Shown here in pieces: positions 12,888 to 26,909 of a DNA stretch of 64,000 nt. The stretch spans positions 4,692,745 through 4,756,744 of the forward strand of contig NC_057750.1 of NCBI RefSeq assembly GCF_004010195.1, written 5' to 3'. The position numbers were made by a program, and so were the translations under genes. Each line of letters starts with the position of its first letter. Position 1 is the first letter of the stretch. Below the pieces are notes generated by a model. That model ran no database searches. It saw nothing but the letters and a program-made list of their open reading frames with translations, and was not told where the DNA came from. This DNA comes from Chiloscyllium plagiosum (lineage: Eukaryota).

Positions 12888-14454
12888 TTACCCCACATTG
12901 TAGATACGCTGTGAAAGAAGTTTACCACTGGGTGAGATTTTAATTGAGAGCCCAGGGACATTTCCCCAACAGACCAACAGAGGGAGTTTTTACAAAAGCA
13001 CCATATCCCAGAGAACTTAGGGTTTCTTAATTCAATCGTGGGATATGGGTGTTGCTGGTTGGATCCAACATTTATTGCCCCGTCCCTAGTTGCCCCTTGA
13101 GAAGTGGGGCTGAGCTACCTTCTTGAACCGCTGCAGTCCATGTGCTGTGGGTTGACCCACAATGTCCTTAGGGAGGGAATTCCAGGATTCTGACCCAGCA
13201 ACACTGAAGGAATAGCGATATATTTCCAAGTTAAAATGATGAGTGGAGGGGAAGTTGCAGGGGGTGGTGTTCCTATGTATCTGCTGCCCTTGTCCTTCTG
13301 GATGGAAGTGGTTATGAGTCAGGAATCCCTACAATGCAGAAAGAGGCCATTTTGCCCATCGAGTCCACACCAACCCTCCAAAGACCATCTCAGCCAGACT
13401 CACCAAATCCCTGAAGCTTGCATTCCCTAGGGCTAACCCACCCAGCCTGCACATCCCTTGGCACTATGGGTAAGTTAGCATGGCCAATCCACCCTGACCT
13501 GCACATCATTGGACTGTGGGAGGAAACCCACACAGACACAGGGAGAATGTGCAAACTTCACACAGACAGCCTTGTAGATATTGGCCCATCATGTCTGTGC
13601 TGCACTCAGGCTAAGAGCCCATCACAAGTGAGCCATGAGAGACAGAAGTGGGATATAATGGTTTCAGTCTCCATCCTGGGTGGAGGTATTCAGAAATTAT
13701 ACTCTTAAAAAGAAACTTCATTGTCTACTATGGGATTGAGGGGAGATAGGGTAAGGGAGCTATTGGTTGTTGAGGGGGCTGCAGGGGGGATGAAACATGG
13801 AGTCAAGGCCACAGTCGGATCAATCTTGATCCTGTCAAGTGATAGACCAGACTGAATGGGCTGAATGGCCTCCTCCTGCTTATAATTGAAACACTTGCCT
13901 AACAGAGATTGGCTGATGTGGCAGTACAATTGAACAAATGGCCTCCTGGTTTATTGCAAATTTCAATAATTGGCTGAAGGTGGCCATTCAGCCCCTCAGC
14001 CTGTCCACCATTCATCCCTCAATATCCTTAACACGGAGAAACCTAGCAACCTCTGGCCTGCACACACTCACTGTGAGTGAACCTCCACTGCCCTCTGGTG
14101 GAGAGAATTCCAAAGGTACTCCCACCACCCTCTCAGCTGTGAGTGAGGACAATCCTCTTCATCCCAGTCCTCAATGGCTCAGACTGTATCCCTATGCCCG
14201 AGAACCCAAAAATGTCTAGAAGGCAGCAGGTTCACGTTGGTGTCAGCTGTCTGAGGATGTGATCGAAACTATCGCAATCAGGGATGTGATGAATGGAACA
14301 CCAACAGACAGTTTTATTCATGAGGCACCTCAATCTAGCTAAATATCCCAAGATGCTTCAAGGGAACACAATCAAACCACAATCTGCCACATCCAGCGGT
14401 ATTTGAACAGTGATGTTTAGTCATGGAAGTCAATTTTCCAGATGTAAAGATTGA

Positions 14455-15755
14455 CATATTGGAATATTGTGTGCAAATCTGGTCTCCTTCCTGTCAGAAA
14501 GATGTTGTGAAACTTGAAAGGGTTCGGAAATGATTTACAAGGATGTTGCCAGGGTTGGAGGATTTGAGCTACAAGGAGAGGCTGAACAGGCTGGGGCTGT
14601 TTTCCCTGCAGCGTCGGAGGCTGAGGGGTGACCTTATAGAGGTATATAAAATCATGAGGGGCATGAATAGGATAAATAGACAAAGTCTTTTCCCTGGGGT
14701 GCGGGAATCCAGAGGGCATAGGTTTAGGGTGAGAGAGGAAAGATGTAAAAGGCGCAACTTTTTCACTCAGAGGGTGGTACGTGTGTGGAAATGAGCTGCC
14801 AGAGGATGTGGTGGAGGCTGGTACAATTGCAACATTTAAGAGGCATTTGGATGGGTATATGAATAGGAAGGGTTTGGAGGGATATGGGCTGGGTGCTGGC
14901 AGGTGGGACTAGATTGGGTTGGGATATCTGGTCAGCATGGACGGGTTGGACCGAAGGGTCTGCTTCCATGCTGTACATCTCTATGACTCAATGACATGTG
15001 TTTGGAAAGGCAAGGACTGATTAGGGATAGTCAACATAGCTTTGTGCATGGGGAATCATGTCTCACTAATTTGATTGAGTTTTCTGAAGAAGTGACAAAG
15101 AGGATTGATGAGGGCAGAGCGGGGAACGTGCTGCTAGGGAGGGAATTCCAGGATTCTGACCCAGCGACACTGAAGGAATGGCGATACATTTCCAAGTCAG
15201 GATGGGGAGGGCCTAGGAGGGGAGCTTCCAAGGGGGTAGTGTTCCCATGTATCTGCTACCCTTGTCCTTCCAGGTGGTAAAGTTTGGAAAGTTCTGTCAA
15301 AAGATCCTTGGGAAGCTGTGACAAACACACAGCCATGAGAGAATACAAAGCTTGAACACTGACTGAAAGCAAAACATGCTGGGTGACCTTTTAGAAGTTT
15401 ATAAAATCACGAGGGTCAGGGATAGGGTATAATCAAGATATTTTTCCCAGGATAAGCTGTCCAAATCTAGGGGACACAGGTTTTTGGTGAGGGGGAAAGA
15501 TTTAAAAGTGACCTAAGGGGCAACCTTTTCGCTCAGAGGGTGGTGCGTGTATGGAATGAGCTGCCAGAGGATGTGGTGGAGTCTGGTACAATGACAGCAT
15601 TTAAAAGGCATCTGGATGGATATATGAACAGTAAGGGTTTAGAGGGATATGGGCCGGGTGCTGGCACATGGGACTAGATTAGTTTAGGATATCTGGTCGG
15701 CATGGACGAGTTGGACTGAAGGGTCTGTTTCAGCGCTGTACATCTCTATGACTCG
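14455..15755 (+). mobile_element. Cluster of CR1 LINE fragments, with a minus-strand piece of a second LINE family at about 15125-15310
   Basis: Same CR1 3' sequence as 3400-3990, with ctctatgactc tails at about 14985 and 15745, and a QHSFVHGESCLTNLIEF RT motif at about 15030. Confidence 0.85.
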
Positions 15756-16204
15756 ACATGCAAGAGAGATTGAGAGAAGGAATTCCAGAACTTGCAGTTT
15801 AAGCAGTTTGACAGAGTCAAGGAAATCAGGTTTTATAAGAGGGGATAATTGGAGGAGCTCAGAGAGTTCAGCATAGTCATTGAGGCTGGCACTATGCCCT
15901 GGAGTCGAATCAGCTGAAGAAATAACATTATCTCTGCAACTCATTTATGTTTTACTCTTTAAAACATCTTCCCTCCTAACCCAGCGGCAACCTGCAAGCA
16001 GCAATCTGCAGAGATTTCATTGCTCTGAACATTAATAATGTGAAGCGGTTGACTGGGAGAGGCCTGTCAGGGCAGAGACTCCTTCTCAATCTGGATTTCG
16101 ACACACCGACACCCCCCCCCAACACCACCACAGGTTAAAAACCAGCTCAAATATGACAAGACCTATAGACTGAGGGAGCTCATCTCGGGATGCTCACATA
16201 TAAT

Positions 16205-16528
16205 TAGATTCGACTAGATTCCCTACAGTGTGGAAACACGCTCTTCAGCCCAACAAGTCCACACCGACCCTCTGAAGAGCAACCCACCCAGACCCACTCC
16301 TCTACATTTACCCCTTCACCTAACACTATGGGCAATTCACCACGGCCAATTCACCTAACCTGCACATCTTTGGACTGTGGGAGGAAACTGGAGCATTCGG
16401 AGAACACCCACGCAGACACGGGGAGAATGTGCAAACTCCACATAGACAGTTGCCCGAGGGGGGAATTGAACCTGGGTCCCTGGTGCTGTGAGGCAGCAGT
16501 GCTAACCACTGAGCTACAGTGCCACCCC
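16205..16528 (-). mobile_element. tRNA-derived SINE (HE1-like); other copies at about 13320-13570(-), 20370-20520(-), 27950-28240, 29820-30128, 30705-31000, 35070-35370(-), 37950-38230(-), 46745-47000, 52720-52995(-)
   Basis: Head with A box (GTGGCNCAGTGG) and B box (GGTTC(G/A)ATTCC), central gtgtggagtttgcacattctcccc, and a CR1-like 3' end with an aatct tail. Confidence 0.85.
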
Positions 16529-18299
16529 ATGTATTGGCACAATGTATCAGTTTGGCTTTGGAGATATCCATCCAACATGAGACATCCCAGCGCTCCCAGG
16601 CCTCAGTATCGGGCTATAACAGACAGAGGCGTTAAGCAGAAACCCCAATTTGAGGGACGGAAGGCTTTCTTGCAAGTATCCCCTGTCCTCACTTCGCCAA
16701 AGCAGCGATTAGCCTCACTATTCTTAGTGGGATCTTGCTCTTCACAAGATGGTGGCCACGATCACAACACATGATGTCAATCCAAAATAATGTGAGGGGT
16801 TATATACGAGACATTGAAGAGAGTGTGGTGCTGGAAAAGCACAGCCGGTCAGGCAGCATCCGAGGAGCAGCAGAATCGACGTTTCGGGCATAAGCCCATT
16901 ATCAGGAAGTTAATGCCCGAAACGTTGACTCTCCTGCTCCTCAGATGCTGCCTGACCGGCTGTGCTTTTCCAGCACCACGCCTTTTGACTCCGATATCCA
17001 GCTTCTGCAGTCCTCAGTTTCTCCTGTATGGGAGATGTGGCAGCCAATTGACACGCAGCAAGCTCCGACAAACAGCAATAGGACAACCCACCATATAATT
17101 ACTCGTTAGCCTTAGTTAGCCGATAGTTAACTGTCAGCCCCATTACTGAGGGAAGTTCCCTTTGTCCTTCATTTAAGTAATTTATAATAATAGGCAGCGA
17201 TTCAGTTTGGGCTTTTCTCTGAATGAAGAAACGGACATCAAACATGTGAAAGTTCTGAAAAATGTACAATATTTTGACCTGACATTTTGCAACACTCTCC
17301 CCCGGCATTGCTCATGAATCAAGCAATTGATTGTTTCCAAAGGCACAGGATTCACCTGTTGGACTGTGCTGTGTTTATTATTTCCACCGCTAAAGTAGAT
17401 TCATGTCCTTGCTTTGGGGCTTAAGGCAGGCCTCAATTACTGCTAAATAAACAGGGTTGCCAGCTGACTAAAATAGGTGAAAGTGAGGCCTGCAGATGCT
17501 GGAGATCAGAGTCAAGATTAGAGTGGTTCTGGAAAAGCACAGCAGGTCAGGCAGCATCCGGGGAGCAGGAAAATCGACGCTGCGAGGCAAAAGCCCTTCA
17601 TGATTTCCTGAGGAAGGGCTGAAACGTCGATTTTCCTGCTCCTCAGATGCTGCCTGACCTGCTGTGCTTTTCCAGCTCACGAAAGGAAAATACCTTGGAT
17701 GCTGGAAATCTGAAACAAATGCAGAAATTGCTGGTGGAACTCAGCAGGTCAGGCAGCATCTGCGGAGAGACAACCTAAGTGAACATTTTGAGCCAGTGAC
17801 AGTTCTTCAGATCATTCTGGGCTCAGCAAGGATTCGACATATTGGACTTGAGGTGTTAACCCTGTTTCTCAAAGCTACAAGACCAGCTGAGTTTCTCCAG
17901 CATGCTTCATTTTCTGTCAAGCTTTGCAATCCCTCATGGCTGTGTGTTTGTAAGAGCTCACGAAGGCTCCTTTGATAGCACTTGCCAAACCGTACAGTCC
18001 AGAGGGCGGCAGGTACATGGGAACACCAGTCCCTGCTAGTTCGACTCCAAGCCACTCACCATCCCTGACTTGGAAATACATCGCTGTCGCTTGAGTGTCG
18101 CTGGGTCAGAATCCTGGAATTACCTCCCTAAGGGCATTGGGGGTCCCCACACCACATGGGTTGCTGCAGTTCAAGATGGCGGCTCACCCCCTCAAGAGGC
18201 AATTAGGGATAAACAACAAATGCTGGCCCAGCTAGCGATACCCATGTCCCATAATGGAATTAAGGGCAACAGGACTGCTTAAACCCATTGGACATATTC

Positions 18300-18630
18300 C
18301 TGGAGACAATGGCCTAGTGATACTATTGCTGGACTGTTAACCCAAGGACCCAGGTAATGTTCTGAGGACCCAGGTCTGAATCCTGCCACGGTGGAGTTTG
18401 CATTCAATAAAAATTTGGAATTAAGAATCCATTGTCAGTTGTCAGGAACAAAAAAACATCTGGTTCACTAATGCCCTTTAGGGAAAGAATCTGCCATTCT
18501 TACCTGGTCTGGCCTACATGTGACTCCAGAGCCACAACAGTATGGTTGACTCGTAATTGCCCTCTGGGCAATTGGGGATGGGGCAATAAACACTGGCCTA
18601 GGCAGAGAGGACTACATCCCGTGCCTGATT
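18300..18630 (+). mobile_element. Second tRNA-derived SINE family; copies at about 32840-33085, 34090-34400(-), 36995-37330, 47470-47700, 53940-54135(-)
   Basis: tggcctagtg A box and ggttcgaatcc-like B box; shared body ccttacctggtctggcctacatgtgactcc; 3' tail shared with the second LINE family. Confidence 0.75.
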
Positions 18631-18775
18631 TTTAAAAAACTTAATTGAAGGTTTAACCCTTTCCCTTCCAATGCCACTCTCAATTAAACTGCCTTGACCC
18701 AATCACCTCTCTCTGACATTTTTACAGCAAATACATAAAAGTCTTCAAAAACTAAATTGCAATTTTATTTTTTTA

Positions 18776-19069
<294 letters not shown>

Positions 19070-19559
19070 TTACATTGGTTTTCAAGAGATCGCCGATGTG
19101 AACGCGATCCGGACACATGCTTACTGAAAACGATCCGAGATCTTTCCATCCCAATTCCAAACGAGTGTTTATCATTTTGTAAAGATCTAGTAAAGATTGA
19201 GCCAATTCACAACACAGTCTGTCCCCCTTCCACTGCCTGGAATTCAGTTGTGGCAGGTGACTCTGAGGACAGCGGTGGAATCACCTCACAGATGTCCTGC
19301 GGGTGTCAGACAGCTCATGGGAGGTCCTGGCCCTTGTGACCGGCAAGGTTGTTTCAGGAAGGCACTGAGACCCCCTCATCAGGAAGGTGTGGATGTGAAA
19401 TCTACCTAAACTAAACACCGGCATCATTTACACTCCCTCCCATGTTCCACTTAGAATCCCTAGAGTGTAGAAAGAGGCCCATTCGGCCCACTGAGTCTGT
19501 ACCAGCCCTCCAAAGAGCATCCCATCCAGACCCATCTCCCTATCCTCTCTCCGTAATCC

Positions 19560-20370
19560 TAACCAACCTAACCTGCACATCCCTGAACACTATGGGCCAA
19601 TTTAGCATGGCCAATCCACCCTAACCTGCACATCCCTGAACTCTATGGGCCAATTTCCCATGGCCAATCCACCCTAACCTGCACATCCCTGAACACTATA
19701 GGCCAATTTAGCATGGCCAATCCACCCTAACCTGCACATCCCTGAACACTATGGGGCAATTTCCCATGGCCAATCCACCCTAACCTCACATCCCTGAACA
19801 CAATGGGGCAATTTAGCACGGCCAATCCACCCTAACCTGCACATCCCTAAACACTATAGGCCAATTTAGCACGGCCAATCCACCCTAACCTGCACATCCC
19901 TGAACACTATAGGTCAATTTAGCATGGCCAATCCACCCTAACCTGCACATCCCTGAACACTATGGGGCAATTTCCCATGGCCATTCCACCCTAACCTCAC
20001 ATCCCTGAACACAATGGGCCAATTTAGCATGGCCAATCCACCCTAACCTGCACATCCCTGAACACTATGGGGCAATTTAGCATGGCCATTCCACCCTAAC
20101 CTCACATCCCTGAACACAATGGGGCAATTTAGCATGGCCATTCCACCCTAACCTCACATCCCTGGACACAATGGGGCAATTTAGCATGGCCAATCCACCC
20201 TAACCTGCACATCCCTGAACACTATGGGGCAATTTCCCCACGGCCAATCCACCCTAACCTGCACATCCCTGAACACTATGGGGCAATTTCCCATGGCCAA
20301 TCCACCCTAACCTGCACATCCCTGAACACTATGGGGCAATTTCCCATGGCCAATCCACCCTAACCTGCAC
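19560..20370. repeat. About 53-bp minisatellite (about 15 copies) amplified from inside a SINE
   Basis: Unit ccaatccaccctaacctgcacatccctgaacactatggg(c/g)caatttagcatgg; flanked by the SINE tail (about 19450-19560) and head (20370-20520). Confidence 0.9.
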
Positions 20371-20524
20371 ATCTTCGGACTGTGAGAGGAAACCAAAGGA
20401 AACCCACACTGACGGGGGAGAACATGCAAAGTTCACACAGACAGTCGCCCGAGGGTGGAATCAAACCCAGGTCCCAGGTGCTGTGAGGCAGCAGTGCTAA
20501 CCACTGAGCCACCGTACCACCCCA

Positions 20525-21085
20525 CTTGGAAGCCACCAACAAGTAATTCACCTCCTGACTCCCCAAGGCATAAGTCAGGAGTGTGAGGGAATATTCCCCA
20601 CTTGCCCTGGATGGGGGCAGCTCCAACAACACTCAAGAAGCTCGTCACCATCCAGGACAAAGCAGCCCCCGCTTGATTGGCCCCACATCCACAAACATCC
20701 CCTCCCCCCACCACCAACGCTCAGTAGCAGCAGTGTGTACCATCTACAAGATACACTGCAGAAATTCACCAAAGATCCTCAGGCAGCACCTTCCAAACCC
20801 ATGACCACTTCCATCTAGAAGGACAAGGGCAGCAGATACATGGGAACACCACTCCCTGCAAGTTCCTCTCCAAGCCACTCACCTGGAAATATAACACCGT
20901 TCCTTAAGAAATCCAGAATCTTGGAATTCCCTCCCTAAGTGCATTGTGGGTCAACCCACAGCAGATGGACTGCGGCGGTTCAAGAAGGCAGCTCACCCCC
21001 CACCTTCTCAAGGGGCAGCTAGGGATGAGGCAATAAATGCTGGGCCGAGCCAGTGACACCCACATCCCACAAAAAAATGAATAAA
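20525..21085 (+). mobile_element. 3' end of a second CR1/L2-group LINE family; other copies at about 8350-8710, 11240-11665, 13030-13310(-), 17960-18260, 32590-32800(-), 53340-53880, 59040-59460
   Basis: Recurrent sequence with the frame SVAAVCTIYKIHCRNSPKIL...WNSLP..FKKAAH.HL followed by gggcaataaatgctggcc. Confidence 0.75.
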
Positions 21086-22004
21086 TTAACCCTTCATTCC
21101 CTTCGTTGATTAAAAATACAAACGTATGAAAAACAAACAGGAGTAGTCCACTTGGCCCTTCAGGTCTGCTCCATCATTCAGTAAGATGGTGGCTGACCTG
21201 ATTTTAACCTTAGCTGTACATTCCTATACATCCCCTGATAACCCTCTGTCCCCTTGGTCATCAAGAATCTGTCTACCTCTGCCTGACAGATAGTTAAAGA
21301 TTCTTCATGTATTGCCTCACATCCCTCTGAGAGGACCAATGTTTCCTTATCTCTGTGGTGCCCTTTAGTTTTAAGCTGTGGCCCACTGTCAATAGATTGT
21401 TCCACAAGGGGAACCATCATTTTCACATCCACGCAGTCAGGTCCTCTCGGGATGTTACGCGTTTCAAAAGTCTCTCAATCTCAGCCTTGCATCTCTTTAA
21501 TGCCCCAGCCTCGACAGCCCTCTGTGGTCAAGAATAACAGAGATTCACTCCTCTCGGAGTGAAATTTGATGAGAAATTCCTCCTCATCTCTCTCTCTCTG
21601 TCTTCAATATGCGACCCCTTATTCTGAGATGATGCCCTCTGGTCCTAGACTCTCTCCCACAAGGGGAAATAATCTGCCCACATCTCCACTTTGTTAAATC
21701 CTCTCAGAATTTTGAATATTTCAATAGGGTCTCCTCCCAGTCTTCTCAACTCCAAAGAGTGCAGGCCCAACCCACTCAAACTGTCTTCATAAGACAGTCC
21801 CTCCACACTGAGTGGACTTTCTCCAATGCCAGGATAAGGTGACCAGACTGTTCACAATATTCCAACCATTAAAATCATTACCTTTCCTGTCCAGGGACTG
21901 AACGCTGGTCTCTCCTATGACAGGTAAAATACTAACCACCATGCTAAAGAGGAACATAGTCATCTCACTCTTCTCCATGAGACAGCAGTTCAGAGGCACA
22001 GGGA

Positions 22005-24582
22005 ACGAGAGAGAGATCAATGAGGAGAAGAGAGATCAAGCCCAGTGTGGGGAGAGAGAGATCGAGTCCAGTGCGGAGGGAGAGACAGATCGAGCTCAGT
22101 GCGGGGAGAGAGAGAGATCGAGCCCCGTGCGGGGAGAGAGAGATCGAGTCCAGTGCGGAGTGAGTGAGAGATCAAGCCCAGTTCAGGGAGAGAGAGAGAT
22201 CGTGCCCAGTGCAGGGGGAGAGATAGATCAAGCCCAGTGCGGGGAGAGAGAGATCGAGCCCAGTGCGGAGGAAGAGACAGATCGAGGTCAGTGCGGGGGG
22301 GGAGAGAGAGATTGAGCCCAGTGCAGAGGGAGAGAGATTGTGCCCAGTGCGGGGGGAGAGAAAGATCGAGTCCAGTGCGGAGGGAGTGAGAGATCAAGTC
22401 CAGTGCGGGGGGAGAGAGAGATTGACTCCAGTGCGGGGAGAGAGATCAATCAAGCCCAGTGCAGGGAGAGAGAGATCGAGCCCAGTGCGGGGAGAGAGAG
22501 ATCAAGCCCAGTGCAGAGGGAGAGAGAGATCGAGTCCAGTGCAGAGGGAGAGAGAGATCAAAGTCAGTGTGGGGAGAGAGAGATCGAGCCCAGTGCAGAG
22601 GGAGAGAGAGATCGAGTCCAGTGTGGGGAGAGAGAGATCGAGCCCAGTGCAGAAGGAGAGCGAGATCGAGTCCAGTGCAGAGGGAGAGAGAGATCGAGTC
22701 CAGTGCAGAGGGAGAGAGAGATCGAGTCCAGTGCAGAGGGAGAGAGAGATCGAGTCCAGTGCGGGGAGAGAGAGATCGAGTCCAGTGCGGGGAGAGAGAG
22801 ATCGAGCCCAGTGCAGAGAGAGAGAGAGATCGAGTCCAGTGCGGGGAGAGAGAGATCGAGTCCAGTGCGGAGAGAGAGAGATCGAGTCCAGTGCAGAGGG
22901 AGAGAGAGATCGAGGTCAGTGCGGGAGGAGAGAGAGAGATTGAGCCCAGTGCAGAGGGAGAGAGATCAAGTCCAGTGCGGGGAGAGAGATCAAGGTCAGT
23001 GTGGAGGGAGAGAGAGATCGACTCCAGTGCGGAGGAGAGAGTGATCGAGCCCGGTGCGGGGGGAGAGAGAGATCGAGCCCAGTGCGGGGAGAGAGATATC
23101 GAGTCCAGTGTGGGAGGAGAGAGAGATCGAGATCAGTGCGGAGGGAGAGAGAGAGATCAAGCCCAGTGTGGGGAGAGAGAGATCGAGGTCAGTGCAGGGG
23201 AGAGAGAGATCGAACCCAGTGCGGAGGGAGAGAGAGATCGAGTCCAGTGCGGGGAGAGAGAGCAGGGAGAGAGAGATCGAGCCCAGTGCGGGGAGAGAGA
23301 GAGCTCGAGCCCAGTCTGGGAGGAGAGAGAGATCAAGGTCAGTGCGGGGGGAGAGAGAGATCGAGCCCAGTGCAGAGGGAGAGAGAGATCGAGTCCAGTG
23401 CGGGGAGAGAGAGAGATTGAGACCAGTGCGGGGAGAGAGAGAGATCGAACCCGGTGCAGAGGGAGAGAGAGATCGAACCCGGTGTGGGGAGAGAGAGAGA
23501 TCGAACCCGGTGTGGGGAGAGAGAGATTGAGCCCAGTGCGTGGAGAGAGAGATCGAGCCCAATGTGTGGGGAGAGAGAGATCGAGTCCAGTGTGGAGGGA
23601 GAGAGAGATCGAGTCCAGTGTGGAGGGAGAGAGAGATCGAGCCCAGTGCGGGGAGAGAGAGAGATCGAACCCGGTGTGCGGAGAGAGAGAGATCGAACCC
23701 GATGCGGGGGGAGAGAGAGATCGAACCCGATGCGGGGGGAGAGAGAGATCGAACCCGGTGTGGGGGGAGAGAGAGATCGAGCCCGGTGTGGGGAGAGAGA
23801 GAGATCGAACCCGGTGTGGGGAGAGAGAGATCGAGCCCAGTGCGGGGAGAGAGAGATCGAGCCCAGTNNNNNNNNNNNNNNNNNNNNNNNNNNNNNNNNN
23901 NNNNNNNNNNNNNNNNNNNNNNNNNNNNNNNNNNNNNNNNNNNNNNNNNNNNNNNNNNNNNNNNNNNNNNNNNNNNNNNNNNNNNNNNNNNNNNNNNNNN
24001 NNNNNNNNNNNNNNNNNNNNNNNNNNNNNNNNNNNNNNNNNNNNNNNNNNNNNNNNNNNNNNNNNNNNNNNNNNNNNNNNNNNNNNNNNNNNNNNNNNNN
24101 NNNNNNNNNNNNNNNNNNNNNNNNNNNNNNNNNNNNNNNNNNNNNNNNNNNNNNNNNNNNNNNNNNNNNNNNNNNNNNNNNNNNNNNNNNNNNNNNNNNN
24201 NNNNNNNNNNNNNNNNNNNNNNNNNNNNNNNNNNNNNNNNNNNNNNNNNNNNNNNNNNNNNNNNNNNNNNNNNNNNNNNNNNNNNNNNNNNNNGGGAGAG
24301 AGAGATCAATCCCAGTAGGGGGAGAGAGAGATTGAGCCCAGTGCAGGGAGAGAGAGATCGAGCCCAGTGTGGAGAGAGAGAGAGATTGAGTTCAGTGCGG
24401 GGACAGAGAGAGAGCGAAGTCAGTGTGGGGGAAGAGAGCAAACGAGCCCAGTGCAGGGAGAGAGAGTGATCAATCCCAGTGCGGGGAGAGAGAGTGATCA
24501 ATCCCAGTGCGGGGTAGAGTGAGATGGAGCCCAGTGTGGGGAGAGAGAGATCGAAGTCAGTGCGGGAGGAGAGAGAGATCGA
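22005..24582. repeat. GA-rich ~30-bp minisatellite spanning an assembly gap
   Basis: Unit approximately gagagagagatcgag(c/t)ccagtgc(gg/aga)gg, in dozens of copies. Confidence 0.95.
23868..24293. other. Assembly gap (426 N)
   Basis: Run of N inside the minisatellite. Confidence 1.
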
Positions 24583-26909
24583 TACCTCATGGGGAATGCC
24601 CAGGGTGGAGTGACTGCAGGCCCCTGGCTAAAGAAGGACTTTAATCTGGAACATTTAATGTAATTTTGTATGCACTACTTTATCCCAACAAGACCTGTAA
24701 CAGTGAACTTTTAACTTATTTCTTTATTTCTCTACTCTTTACCTAGGATTTTGTACCTCAGCACCTTGTATCTCAGATGATGCTGCAAGCGCCGATATTG
24801 TAAAGTTTTCACTGTACCCTGCACTTAAGTACACATGTCAATCAAACCGAATTCTCATGTTGAAATCCGTTTGCTCAAGGTTCAGTCACTTCCTTTATCG
24901 ATACCTCTTCGTAATTTTTTTAATCACTACCACAACACAGTTGATACTGTCAACTCTCTGATAAATCTGGTTTCTCATTCTAATCTGTTAATGAATACGG
25001 TGACTAACTGAGGCCCTATCACAGATCCTTGCAGGATCTCGTCTCATCCTGCAAATTAGAATTCCTGCCAATAATCCAGATTCTCTGTCTCCTTCCTTTC
25101 ACTGAATTATCTCCCTGTGTGCAAATTGGCTGTAGCATTTCCTACTCTACAACACTTCCGAACATATTCATTGGCTGTCGAGTTGTTTGGGATACCAGCA
25201 GTTGTGAAAGAGCGATACAAATGCATGTTTTTAAAAAACAGTATATGTTCATTTGACTAAGCACATACATGAATCGCTGCTTTATTTTAAAACGTATAAT
25301 TAGGCAAAGCTGCATCGAGATTGCTTAACTGAAAATCAGAATAAATTACAGATAATGAATGGATAATTTGCTTCCTTTGTCTAGTTGTTGATGTTAAATG
25401 ATTAAAAGCTTAGTTCAAAATAACATTGTTTCCGACTCAGTGCGAGAAACGTTCTCTGGTGTGTGTGTGTGTGTGTGTACGAGTGAATCATTTAAGCTTC
25501 TACCCAAGATAATTGAAGCGAGTGACTTTATGAGTGATGTTTACGAACAGAAGTTAGAATGAACAACTGGTTATGGACTGTGTAAATTCAATAGAGTCAA
25601 TGTCAAACACCAGTTAGGTCGCAGCTAGAGTACTCTGCCCAGTTCTGGTCATCGTATTACAGAAACAAGGGGGATTGGAATAGAGAAGGAACAGAGAAGC
25701 TTGCCAGGATTTCAAGAATTTACACCACAAGGAAAGTTTGGGCAGCCTGAACTCAATCCCTGAAACAATGGTAGCAGCAGAAACATTTACTGCATTTTAA
25801 AATATTTCATATGAATACTCGAAGTGCTGCCAGCTATAGGCTTGAAAACCGAATAACTGGGGTTAGGCTGGATGGTTTGTTTTCAGCCAACTGGCCTGCT
25901 TTAGTGACAAAGATTCCAATTTCTCTTCTGAATCAGTGTGGCATTTGAAGGAGCCGGTGGGTAAGCGAGGTGGGAAAATGACAGGATGTGTGAGAGTCTC
26001 TCAGTGTTTTAGTGAGTGAGGTGTGAGTGACAATATCTACAAGCGTGAACGAAGAGTGTTTGTGTGAAAATGTCAGCAAGTTGTGTGTATGTGCAGGTCT
26101 ATGTTTGTGAGAGTGTGTGTGTGAGAGAGAGAGTGAGTGTGACAGAGTGAGTGTGAGAGAGTGTTGAGTCTGTGTGTGTGTGCGCGTGAACAGCATGTGA
26201 ATGGGAATGAAACTGAGTCTCCCACAAACAGGAGTGAGTGAAACATTCTGTCTGAACTATGTAAAAGCTGATATATTTGTGAAAATGCGTCAGTGAAAGC
26301 ATTTTTTAAAACAATAGTGAATATTAAAATGAAACATTAGGGGGAATTGGTTGGAATGGAATTGGCTGAAGGTTCAGGGTTTGGAATTAAGGCAAAGTAA
26401 CATAAAAATGGTCAAATAGAAGGATTACTGTGATGCTAGAGATAGCTGGCTTTCTATAATAATCCCCTATTATTTTGTTTACAACCCTCCCAATGGCTAA
26501 TCTGTTTGAAATAAACAAGCTCATGGCTTTAGACAGGAATGGAAAGTTATCAGTTGGAGCAGAAAGCCAATGAGGGAGTTGTGGGGCTCAGCTGCAATGA
26601 GGGGGTCAGTGCTACTGGTCATTTTTGTCTCTTCATGCCTGGGATGTCAGTGTCACTGGTTGAGTAGAGAGGTCTGCTGGGTCCTGTCAGAGGGTGGTTC
26701 ATCCCCAGGCTCTGGAGTCACATGCAGGCAGGACCAGGTAAAGATTTCCTTTCCTAAAGACCATTAGTAATCCAGGTGGGCTTTCAGAACAATTGCTAAT
26801 GTTTACACTGTCAGCACACATAGCGAGCGGATTAGTTATTTATTCCTGCCATTTTGTTTCATTAGATTTAAATTGGGATGATGGGATTTGAAGATTCTGC
26901 TATAGCTGT

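Noticed and set aside
19560..20370. Regular repeat array resembling CRISPR
   Set aside because: Contiguous SINE-derived tandem units with no unique spacers, in eukaryotic context with no cas genes.
21917..24501. Long ORFs (up to 619 aa) rich in E/R/G
   Set aside because: Translations of a stop-free minisatellite and an N gap, open in several frames; not genes.
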